A DNA stretch of 13,459 nucleotides from the UHGV virus genome UHGV-0077154. The stretch is one strand, 5' to 3'. How positions within the stretch are numbered: the first letter of the stretch is position 1; the number at the start of each line of letters is the position of its first letter. A program made the position numbers and the translations under genes. Shown in pieces: positions 6,893 through 13,459 of the stretch. The notes below the pieces were generated by a model. It worked only from the letters and a program-made list of their open reading frames with translations, searched no databases and had not been told where the DNA came from. The DNA is from a virus.

Positions 6893-9036
6893 TGGCGAAT
6901 GGCAATATCATAGTGACTGAAACCGTAAACGAGGTGACATGGTCTGTCGATCGGACAGCCTTCGGTCGCGCCCTGAAAGCTGTTAAATCCATCAAGGCTG
7001 CTCATGAGAAACCAGCTAAGGCGCTTGAGAAGGCCCAGAAGCGGACCGTCCAGAGTGAAGGCAAAGCCGCACTAGCAGCAGCGAAAGCCCAGACAGCGAA
7101 GCTACGCCAGGCTGAACAATTGTCTAAACAGCAACAGAAACAAGCTCAGATACAAGCCAAAATGGAGCGGGACGCAGTAGCCCACGCCAATAAAATGACC
7201 TCATTACAGGCGCGTCAGTTATCCCAACAGGAACAGGCAGCACGTCAGAATGCCCGTTTAGCAGCAATATCTGAAAAGGTGAGACAGGCGAGTCGCTCCC
7301 GCGCGATGACCTACACCCCAAACATGGGCGGTCAACATTACGATCCTGGTCTTGTTTCCCGTCAGACTGACGCAATGAACCGTGGTCACGGCGCTGTTGC
7401 TGCCGACATCGCAGCCACCAAAAAGGCGATGGCCCTGGAGGAGAAGCGCCAGCGTGAGAAAGAGGCAGGACTTAAGCGTGAGGTGACTTATTACAACAGT
7501 TTGCGCCGTAGCGCTTTGACTCTGGCAAACGTGAACGGCGCTGACGTTGCAACCCGTTATAAAGCGATCAGTGCAGCAAAAGAGGCACTCAAAGCCCAGA
7601 AAGAAGAGCGTTATACGGTCGAAGAGACCCGTTTCGAAATGGCCCGTATCACTACAGAATTACGCAAGCAGGCTCGTCTGCAACAACGTATTACCCGTGA
7701 GCAGAAAGCCGCAGGTGTTCGTGCTGGTCGTGTACGCACAGAAAGCCGTGGTGGAAGTGTAGGTCTGGCTGCCGCTGGTGTTGTTGGTGGTGCGGCGTTA
7801 GTAGGTAGTATGGGCGTTTCTCGTGTTGGTCAGACCCTTCAGGGAAGCCTTGAGCGTTCTCGCGATGTGAAAAAACTCCAGCAGTATGGGATCAGCAACC
7901 TTGAGTTCGCAGCACTTCAGGATCTATCAATGAGCCGTGTTGGTTACTCACTGAGTGCTGACAAGCTGGCTGACCTCAACAAGGACACAACCGAAAAGGC
8001 CGGGGAATTGCTGAATACTGGCTCTTTCAAACGTAACAAGAAAACTGGACAGGTGAATTTCAGCGGCGGTGGTGAGTTTGCAGATATCATCAATAACGTA
8101 CTGACCTCCACCAACGGCAACCAGAAGGTAGCCCAAAAGGTGATCGGGGAACTGCAAAAACTGGATTTTCCAACATTTATCACTTATCTAAAGCAATTAC
8201 AGAAAACTTTCGGCTGGACTGATCGACAGGTGCGACACCTGGCCGAGGCTGTGAATGATGGTTCGGTCTTCCTCGAAGTGTTCAATGATGAGGGGCAGGG
8301 ACTTATCCAGCGTATGAATCAACTCGCTTCTGAAGGATGGACCCTATCTGATGCACAGCAGGCCAACCTTGATAAGCTGGCAGCTTTGGGTGCTGAGTAC
8401 AGTCGCGTGCAGATGTCGCTTGCTGACCACTTCAGCGCCAGCTTCGTGCAGGGTCTGGGAGAATATGCAGCTAATACTGACACTCTACGTCAGAAGATGA
8501 CTGGACTGATCCCAATTTCCGATGCTCTCGGCGTTGCCCTTGGTGAGCTAACCACCAACATTCTCTCCTTCGCTGGTCGAGTCGGTGAAGAACTCAAGAA
8601 AGGCGCGACACTGCCGGATGCAGTCTACAACACCGTAGTGGATGACTCTGCAAATAGCACCGCCGATTGGATTAAGGAAAAGACCGGATTTGATCCACGC
8701 AGCATCGGTCAGACGCTCAAACAGATTTACCCGTGGCTGGATAGTTTCGCTCCGAGCAATATCGGCTCAGGCACGGCGTATAACGATCCAGCGCTAGCGT
8801 TGAATGTTCCTGGTTTCAACTCAATACAACCCCAGCAACCAACGTTTACGATTCCGACAATTGACAGCATGACGCAGCGACAGCCGATTCCTGTTGCGGT
8901 CACTGGCGAAGCTGAGATTAAACTCTCACCGCTTGATATTAACGTGAATGACGGCGCTATTAACGGTTTGATTGATACAAAACTGAGGAGCTATGAGCAG
9001 GCACAGAACAACATGATCCTTGGTATTGCTCAATGA
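6889..9036 (+). CDS. Large coiled-coil protein with central Gly/Ala-rich hydrophobic segment (715 aa); tape-measure-like or scaffold-like structural protein
   Basis: N-terminal ~270 aa are A/K/Q/R-rich heptad-like repeats (KAQTAKLRQAEQLSKQQQKQAQIQAKMERD). Central segment GGSVGLAAAGVVGGAALVGSMGV is TM-like. Sits immediately upstream of the D/E-like capsid genes. ATG at 6892 is the more likely start (GGGGG 4 nt upstream). Assignment is by architecture only. Confidence 0.55.
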   Translation: MMANGNIIVTETVNEVTWSVDRTAFGRALKAVKSIKAAHEKPAKALEKAQKRTVQSEGKAALAAAKAQTAKLRQAEQLSKQQQKQAQIQAKMERDAVAHANKMTSLQARQLSQQEQAARQNARLAAISEKVRQASRSRAMTYTPNMGGQHYDPGLVSRQTDAMNRGHGAVAADIAATKKAMALEEKRQREKEAGLKREVTYYNSLRRSALTLANVNGADVATRYKAISAAKEALKAQKEERYTVEETRFEMARITTELRKQARLQQRITREQKAAGVRAGRVRTESRGGSVGLAAAGVVGGAALVGSMGVSRVGQTLQGSLERSRDVKKLQQYGISNLEFAALQDLSMSRVGYSLSADKLADLNKDTTEKAGELLNTGSFKRNKKTGQVNFSGGGEFADIINNVLTSTNGNQKVAQKVIGELQKLDFPTFITYLKQLQKTFGWTDRQVRHLAEAVNDGSVFLEVFNDEGQGLIQRMNQLASEGWTLSDAQQANLDKLAALGAEYSRVQMSLADHFSASFVQGLGEYAANTDTLRQKMTGLIPISDALGVALGELTTNILSFAGRVGEELKKGATLPDAVYNTVVDDSANSTADWIKEKTGFDPRSIGQTLKQIYPWLDSFAPSNIGSGTAYNDPALALNVPGFNSIQPQQPTFTIPTIDSMTQRQPIPVAVTGEAEIKLSPLDINVNDGAINGLIDTKLRSYEQAQNNMILGIAQ

Positions 9037-9132
9037 TGAAACAGAGGGTGGCGAATTCGTCGCCCCTATCTCAACACCACAATGCGTATGTATCAAATTT
9101 AGCGACAAATCAAATACTTTTCGTGAAATTTG

Positions 9133-9161
9133 TTGTAAATGATAATCATTCGTGTTAAAAT
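9133..9161 (+). promoter_or_regulatory. Sigma70-like promoter (TTGTAA-17-TAAAAT) overlapped by a Fur-box-like element
   Basis: AATGATAATCATT at 9138-9150 matches the central 13 of the 19-bp Fur consensus GATAATGATAATCATTATC (14/19 overall); -35 at 9133-9138, -10 at 9156-9161. Confidence 0.4.
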
Positions 9162-9167
9162 AATATA

Positions 9168-9542
9168 CAAGGTGAATTACAACAGCCAAATGTTTTTCCC
9201 TTCTCCTTAGGAATCAAAGTGCGCTTTTCCCAGAGCGCCTTTTCTCATACAGCCAATATCCGCACCCTCTCACGGTAAGGTTAGGCCATTGCCGCTGGCT
9301 GTATCAGAAAAGCATCGCAGAGCGATTAGCCAGCAGGCTAACCCGTTCTCGTGTGTAGAAAATTTCCACCTAAGGTGGATTTGCCAAAAGTCCTGTCCTC
9401 CTCGGCGGGCTGTCAGCCGGACACTAACGGCATCAGGTGGCAACGTTTTTGGGTCTCCTTACCCATTCTTTGGAGCGTTGCCGCCTCCTCATTCCTACCA
9501 GTGAAATTCACACCGGACGACTCTCCGTCCGGTCACTTTTTT
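9168..9542 (+). ncRNA. Candidate non-coding transcript/leader between the Fur-box promoter and a strong terminator; possibly a short ~80-nt form ending at a weak hairpin (9221-9246)
   Basis: No credible ORF here (the track ORFs are R/P-rich with no SD). Several hairpins: TTAGCC-AGCA-GGCTAA, TCCACC-TAA-GGTGGA, GCGCT-N8-AGCGC followed by CTTTTCTC. Ends at the intrinsic terminator 9513-9542. Confidence 0.3.
9513..9542 (+). terminator. Rho-independent terminator
   Basis: Stem CCGGACG (9513-9519), loop ACTCTC, stem CGTCCGG (9526-9532), then TCACTTTTTT. Confidence 0.7.
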
Positions 9543-9610
9543 CATCGGAACAATTCTAAAGGCTGGCCCTGTCGCCGTTTACGGCTCAAGCAGGCGCTGG
9601 CCTTTTGTTT

Positions 9611-9622
9611 ACATAGCTATGT
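9611..9622. promoter_or_regulatory. 12-bp perfect palindrome ACATAGCTATGT about 22 bp upstream of the D-like gene SD
   Basis: Exact self-complementary 12-mer; candidate operator/activator site for the capsid operon. Confidence 0.35.
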
Positions 9623-9645
9623 GAAATTTAACGGGAGTTAATTAT

Positions 9646-9987
9646 ATGAAAATGGGAAGCCTTGAGCGCTCTTACAATGACGTGATCGCGTATGCAGCCG
9701 ATCCGAATTTTGACCGCAAGACTATTACTGTCGATCTAGCTGTAGAAGTCCAGCCGGGTAGTTGCATTACCAGCACTGGAGCTGCTTATGTCTCTGGTGA
9801 TGACTGCCTGCTGGTCCTGAGCCACCACAGGGCCGAAGATGCTGCTCATATCATCGTTGCTGATCGCGGGATTTACATCAAACAAGACACCATCACCGCT
9901 GTTATGGGCGCTACCGCTGGCGCTAATGCTATTGCCGCACTCACCAAAACGGGCGCAATCCGTACTAGCGCACCGGACGCAGAATAA
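9646..9987 (+). CDS. Lambda gpD-like head decoration protein (113 aa), tentative
   Basis: Size (113 aa vs 110 for lambda D), position directly upstream of the E-like gene, and a Gly/Ala/Thr-rich beta-type composition (TITVDLAVEVQPGSCITSTGAAYVSGDD...TAGANAIAALTKTGAIRTS). SD GGGAG 8 nt before ATG. Confidence 0.45.
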   Translation: MKMGSLERSYNDVIAYAADPNFDRKTITVDLAVEVQPGSCITSTGAAYVSGDDCLLVLSHHRAEDAAHIIVADRGIYIKQDTITAVMGATAGANAIAALTKTGAIRTSAPDAE

Positions 9988-10005
9988 TAATAAGGAGAAG
10001 ACAAC

Positions 10006-11040
10006 ATGGGACTATCAACCAATTTCAGCTACGCGGATTACACCAACACCTTTGTGAACATGGATGCAAAGAACACTTTGCTGTCCACGCTTAATGTTTT
10101 CAGTGATCGTCAGACTTCTGCAAGTCCGAAGGTGAGCCTCGATATCATTGATGAAGTCGCTCAGAAGGTGGCAAGCTCTGTTAATCGTTACGGTTCAGAG
10201 TGGTCAACCATTCCTAAGCGTAGCGCTAGCAATCACCTGATTGAAGCTCCACTTTATGCTTTTCAAGACCGGATTACAGCGGCAGACGTGCAACCATATC
10301 GCAAACCAGGCTCCGACCTGCAAATGTCTGTAATGGATGCGGTCACTTCTTCTGCTGTCGCAATGCACGATAAGTACATGCGTACTAAAGAGAAAATTTT
10401 CGCTGACGCACTCTTCCGAAATACTGTCGAAGCGACCTACACCCAGCAGCCGATCATTTCCTGGGAAGATGAATTTGGATACCAACAGGCAACCGGAACG
10501 ATCAAAACCAGCGTTAGCTCTGGTGACCCACTTCGCAGCCTCGATGATGCAGTAACCGCTGCTAAAGTGCGCATGGGGGGCCTGGCTGGTCAGCTTGATG
10601 GATTTATCCTGTTTGCAGGTAGCAATGTTTATCGCGGCATTAAGTATCACCCTGATGTTCGTCAGAATGTTCAGTTCGGTGTGCTTGATCGGGATGTTCT
10701 GTTTAATAAAGAAGTGCTTCCGGCATTCTCAACATTCATCATTGAAAATGTTCGAGTGGTGGAGGTCACGGATCAGGCACTTTACGGAATTGGTCCGGAT
10801 GAATCCTTCCTGGTTCCACGTTTCAGCCGCCCACTGTCCTCTGATATTGCTCTACCTTTCGGTTATGTAGCAACGGCTACCAGCCGCAATCTTGATCTGG
10901 CATTTGCTGATCCGGTTGATTTCCGTATCTGGAGCGTACAGGACAAGTTTAAGAACGTGGAGCTATTCGCGGAAAGCTCAATCTTGCCTGTGGTGTACCG
11001 TCCGGATTTCGTTACAAAACTGACGAACGACGCAGCGTAA
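10006..11040 (+). CDS. Major capsid protein, lambda gpE-like family (344 aa)
   Basis: Strong SD AAGGAGAAG. Length 344 aa vs 341 for lambda E. C-terminal region ...VVYRPDFVTKLT resembles lambda E ...LADPDEFVSVQLA. Gene order decoration-then-capsid as in lambda. A hairpin at 11053-11074 (TGGGGC-N10-GCCCCA) follows the stop. Confidence 0.6.
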   Translation: MGLSTNFSYADYTNTFVNMDAKNTLLSTLNVFSDRQTSASPKVSLDIIDEVAQKVASSVNRYGSEWSTIPKRSASNHLIEAPLYAFQDRITAADVQPYRKPGSDLQMSVMDAVTSSAVAMHDKYMRTKEKIFADALFRNTVEATYTQQPIISWEDEFGYQQATGTIKTSVSSGDPLRSLDDAVTAAKVRMGGLAGQLDGFILFAGSNVYRGIKYHPDVRQNVQFGVLDRDVLFNKEVLPAFSTFIIENVRVVEVTDQALYGIGPDESFLVPRFSRPLSSDIALPFGYVATATSRNLDLAFADPVDFRIWSVQDKFKNVELFAESSILPVVYRPDFVTKLTNDAA

Positions 11041-11121
11041 GACAGCGGATTTTGGGGCTGACTATTTGGCCCCACCGTGAAGAATGGCCTGAAAAGGCGA
11101 GGCAAAGAAGAGGTGATTACT

Positions 11122-11325
11122 ATGAAAATTCAATTTCAGACTAACAACGGCTTCCCGTTGCTGACAGTTGCAGACGAGCGCGTTTTAGATTTTCTGAACG
11201 TTAGCGCAGTGTGTCGGTTCCTGAAGGTTCCGCGTTCCTCGTTCATGATGGACGTTGAGCAATACGGGCTTGAAAAGGCAATCAGTGAAGCCCTGCTGAA
11301 GTTAAGAAAGAATAAAAATTGTTAA
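11122..11325 (+). CDS. Hypothetical small protein (67 aa)
   Basis: ATG at 11122 preceded by GAGGTGA with a 5-nt spacer; the track ORF's upstream Met at 11077 has no SD. No family recognised. Confidence 0.5.
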   Translation: MKIQFQTNNGFPLLTVADERVLDFLNVSAVCRFLKVPRSSFMMDVEQYGLEKAISEALLKLRKNKNC

Positions 11326-11379
11326 TAATCAATCTGTTGGTATTTGTTGTCAAAAGAATCATTGTGTTTGTTTTTCGCG

Positions 11380-11450
11380 CATTTACTTGACACTATGATG
11401 CAGATTGCGTAGGCTGAACATAAAATAATTGACTATTCTATATTCAAACC
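11380..11450 (+). promoter_or_regulatory. Putative promoter region for the small AT-rich cassette
   Basis: TTGACA at 11387-11392 with a weak -10 (TAGGCT, 17-bp spacer); AT-rich surroundings; precedes a strong SD at 11499-11504. Confidence 0.3.
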
Positions 11451-11509
11451 GGACTTCAACTTGAGAATGCTTCGTTCCTACATCTCCCTTCAAGGGGTAG
11501 GAGGATTAT

Positions 11510-11719
11510 ATGAACTTTGATATGCGTACAAACCAAAATTGTGCATCTTTTTTTAACCCAGCAACCAAGGCGTTTGTCGTCGTCGATTCGTTTGACAACT
11601 ACGAGTTCGATGTTCGTGCTGGTACTTTATCACGCACTGAATTTGTAGGCACAATCACAGCTTCGAACGATGAAGAGTTGAACAAGAAATTAGCTGAGAT
11701 CACGGCTGCTCATATATGA
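11510..11719 (+). CDS. Hypothetical small protein (69 aa), cargo cassette gene 1
   Basis: Excellent SD AGGAGG with a 5-nt spacer; AT-rich codon usage; stop overlaps the next start (ATGA). Confidence 0.65.
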   Translation: MNFDMRTNQNCASFFNPATKAFVVVDSFDNYEFDVRAGTLSRTEFVGTITASNDEELNKKLAEITAAHI

Positions 11720-12090
11720 TAACTCAACAGCAAATTGATGATTTAGTTGCAGATATTAACGATATCTTAGAAGAAGATAGAGCTAGACTGAAGATGTCAT
11801 TTCATTTTGCTGTTGATAGACTCAATGATCAGCGTAACAAACCTCCAATCACGCTAGATGAATTGAGAGTGATTTTTACAAATTTCATTGAACAACACTT
11901 GCAGACCATTTTAGGCAAAGATGAGGGGTTCTCCTTCACTATTAAGTGCCAGAAATCAGGTATTGCTATACCTTGCGCCATAGAGCATGAACTTGAGATT
12001 GGTGCAACGTGGGTAGTACAGCAAGTGATCACCATCATGCGGAATCCGAACTTTAACCCATACCATGGTGATGTCATCTTCGAAATCTAA
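11716..12090 (+). CDS. Hypothetical protein (124 aa), cargo cassette gene 2
   Basis: Translationally coupled to the upstream ORF; AT-rich; followed immediately by a strong intrinsic terminator. Confidence 0.65.
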   Translation: MITQQQIDDLVADINDILEEDRARLKMSFHFAVDRLNDQRNKPPITLDELRVIFTNFIEQHLQTILGKDEGFSFTIKCQKSGIAIPCAIEHELEIGATWVVQQVITIMRNPNFNPYHGDVIFEI

Positions 12091-12092
12091 GT

Positions 12093-12118
12093 AAAAAGGC
12101 GCAATAGCGCCTTTTTTT
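12093..12118. terminator. Bidirectional rho-independent terminator (AAAAAGGCGC-AATA-GCGCCTTTTTTT)
   Basis: Perfect GGCGC/GCGCC stem with a 4-nt loop, flanked by an A-run and a T-run; sits between the convergent cassette gene 2 and integrase 3' ends. Confidence 0.8.
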
Positions 12119-13313
12119 ACAAATCCGGATAACACGCCAACTCGACATACTCCGATAGTTCCTTCATCCCTGGCCCTTTGCTGTAGGTTCTGAATGCTTC
12201 GGTTTTCGCTTTTTGTTCGGTATGTCCAGTGATGGCTCCGATCCGTTGTTCTGGCACCCCTGCACGGTCTAAGCAGGTGATGAACATTCCCCGTAAGCTG
12301 TGAAAACATTGCCGATCTGTAGCGGTTGGCAATGTGCTGTCACGTAGCCGGGTAAACTTTTGGCTGTACCACGGACCCCGCTTACCATCCTTCCGAATGA
12401 TGTTATTAGACTGAGCCAGAAGATATTCACCGCTGTTATTTGCCAGATGCTTATCAACAATCCCCATCAGCAGCGAGTGGATCGGAACATACCGCACCCC
12501 GGCTACAGTCTTGGACTTGCTGACAAAGAAACATCTGACACCCTCCAACATTACAATTTCATCCCGCTTGATGCTGGCGATCTCATCAAGTCGCATTCCT
12601 GAATACAGCCCAATCAGTATGACATCGCGTAGAACGTCATCCGCTTCTCTGACAAGTGTTTGCAATTGTTCAGGTTCAAACGGCTGATAACTTTCTATCG
12701 TGCGACGTGCTTCGAGGTTATGACCGTGAAACGGGTTACTGTCGGGGATTGCGTCATATCGACGTTTGGCGAACTCGTACAGACTCCCTAAAGAGGTTAG
12801 CCAGTTTTGCACGGTCTGCGGTGCTGCCTTTTTCTGTTGGCCTTCAATGAAGTCTGTAACCGTTCTGCGTCCTATCTTGTTCAGACTAATATCAACTTTA
12901 CCGATACTCTGGAGAAATACTTCCACCGCTCGCGCGGATTTGCTGAGTGTGGAAAATGCCCGACGTTCACTATAAACCGTCATGTATTCATCACGGATGA
13001 CTGCCAACGTTGGGATAGGGGAGACTGCTACAGGCGTACTCTTGGCCTGTTTGATTGTGGTGTGGAGTGTGGTGATCGCATTCTGGATGCGAATGTCTTC
13101 CCGATCAGGATTCAACAGGGCTTTCAGATTGTTGAACTCAATCAACATGTGATTTCTGAAGTGACGAGCCTTAAGGATGTCTTTTGTCCCGGTGGATTTT
13201 CGCCAGGCTCGTTTGTTGTCAAACAGGTGACGCATGTACGCAGGTACAAAGACCTGAAAGATCCATACGCCCGAATGACTTTGAAAAAGATACTGATTGT
13301 TCTTGATAGACAT
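12117..13313 (-). CDS. int: Tyrosine recombinase / phage-type integrase (398 aa)
   Basis: C-terminal catalytic motifs: GMRLDEI (Arg box I), HSLRGMFITCLDRAGVPEQRIGAITGH (H-x-x-R box II), FRTYSKG (catalytic Tyr). SD AGAGGA about 8 nt upstream of ATG; gene lies next to attR. Confidence 0.9.
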   Translation of the reverse strand: MSIKNNQYLFQSHSGVWIFQVFVPAYMRHLFDNKRAWRKSTGTKDILKARHFRNHMLIEFNNLKALLNPDREDIRIQNAITTLHTTIKQAKSTPVAVSPIPTLAVIRDEYMTVYSERRAFSTLSKSARAVEVFLQSIGKVDISLNKIGRRTVTDFIEGQQKKAAPQTVQNWLTSLGSLYEFAKRRYDAIPDSNPFHGHNLEARRTIESYQPFEPEQLQTLVREADDVLRDVILIGLYSGMRLDEIASIKRDEIVMLEGVRCFFVSKSKTVAGVRYVPIHSLLMGIVDKHLANNSGEYLLAQSNNIIRKDGKRGPWYSQKFTRLRDSTLPTATDRQCFHSLRGMFITCLDRAGVPEQRIGAITGHTEQKAKTEAFRTYSKGPGMKELSEYVELACYPDL

Positions 13314-13375
13314 GATTTCGATCCTCTAAAATCACGCCATCAGGTACAGCCATATGTACAATGTCGGGATGGAGT

Positions 13376-13459
13376 AACGAGAGCTTCCCAAGCTCTATAC
13401 GAGGGTTCGATTCCCTTCGCCCGCTCCAGTCTCCTCATAAATTAACAAGTTATAATTTA
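13376..13459. repeat. attR: partial tRNA-Gly 3' copy (60 bp perfect to 13435) plus imperfect extension to the window end
   Basis: Identical to 2-61; the sequence upstream (caatgtcgggatggagt) does not match the tRNA 5' half, so this is the truncated copy. Confidence 0.8.

Larger units (their letters stand above)
2..13435. mobile_element. Integrated ~13.4 kb tRNA-Gly-associated island (phage-satellite-like) delimited by attL and attR
   Basis: Flanking 60-bp perfect direct repeats derived from the tRNA 3' end; tyrosine integrase at the right end; internal phage-like capsid genes and a control region; AT-rich cargo genes. Confidence 0.75.

Noticed and set aside
7790-7830. GSMG motif in the 715-aa protein resembling the ClpP/S49 protease active-site serine context
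   Set aside because: It lies inside a Gly/Ala-rich hydrophobic stretch with no His/Asp partners that I can place; probably compositional coincidence.
9289-9641. ORFs of 71 and 96 aa inside the 600-bp intergenic region
   Set aside because: Arg/Pro/Ser-rich translations, no SD, and they span hairpins and a terminator; treated as non-coding RNA/leader instead.
10204-10650. 148-aa minus-strand ORF inside the capsid gene
   Set aside because: Antisense to a well-supported gene with a strong SD; no start signals.
2-13435. Insertion sequence or transposon
   Set aside because: No transposase and no terminal inverted repeats; the boundaries are tRNA-derived direct repeats with a tyrosine integrase, which indicates site-specific integration.
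12269-13445. Plus-strand ORFs (up to 212 aa) antisense to the integrase
   Set aside because: The integrase frame carries the catalytic motifs; the antisense ORFs are Cys/Arg-rich and lack start signals.

Overview
The window is essentially one complete integrated mobile element of about 13.4 kb, bounded by a 60-bp perfect direct repeat that matches the 3' end of tRNA-Gly(CCC). The left copy (1-54) reads as the 3' part of the tRNA gene itself; the right copy (13376-13435) sits 62 bp from a tyrosine integrase gene (12117-13313, minus strand). All calls below rest on reading the sequence and recalling protein families; no database search could be run. Inside the element: (i) a left cargo arm with a Zn-ribbon/DUF4145-like protein, a convergent AT-rich membrane protein, a small signal-peptide protein, about 1 kb of non-coding DNA and a tail-anchored membrane protein; (ii) a roughly 770-bp control region with four 24-bp iterons, an AT-rich stretch, palindromes and three tandem TTGACA-containing repeats; (iii) a rightward operon encoding an RHH-like protein, a winged-helix-like acidic protein, an HTH-like protein and a 715-aa coiled-coil protein; (iv) a 600-bp non-coding region with a Fur-box-overlapped promoter and terminators; (v) a pair of genes resembling lambda D (head decoration) and lambda E (major capsid protein); (vi) a small AT-rich two-gene cassette next to the integrase. 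I found no terminase, portal, tail, lysis or primase/helicase gene. The most likely reading is a phage-satellite-like island of an unfamiliar type that encodes its own capsid shell proteins and carries accessory cargo at both ends.
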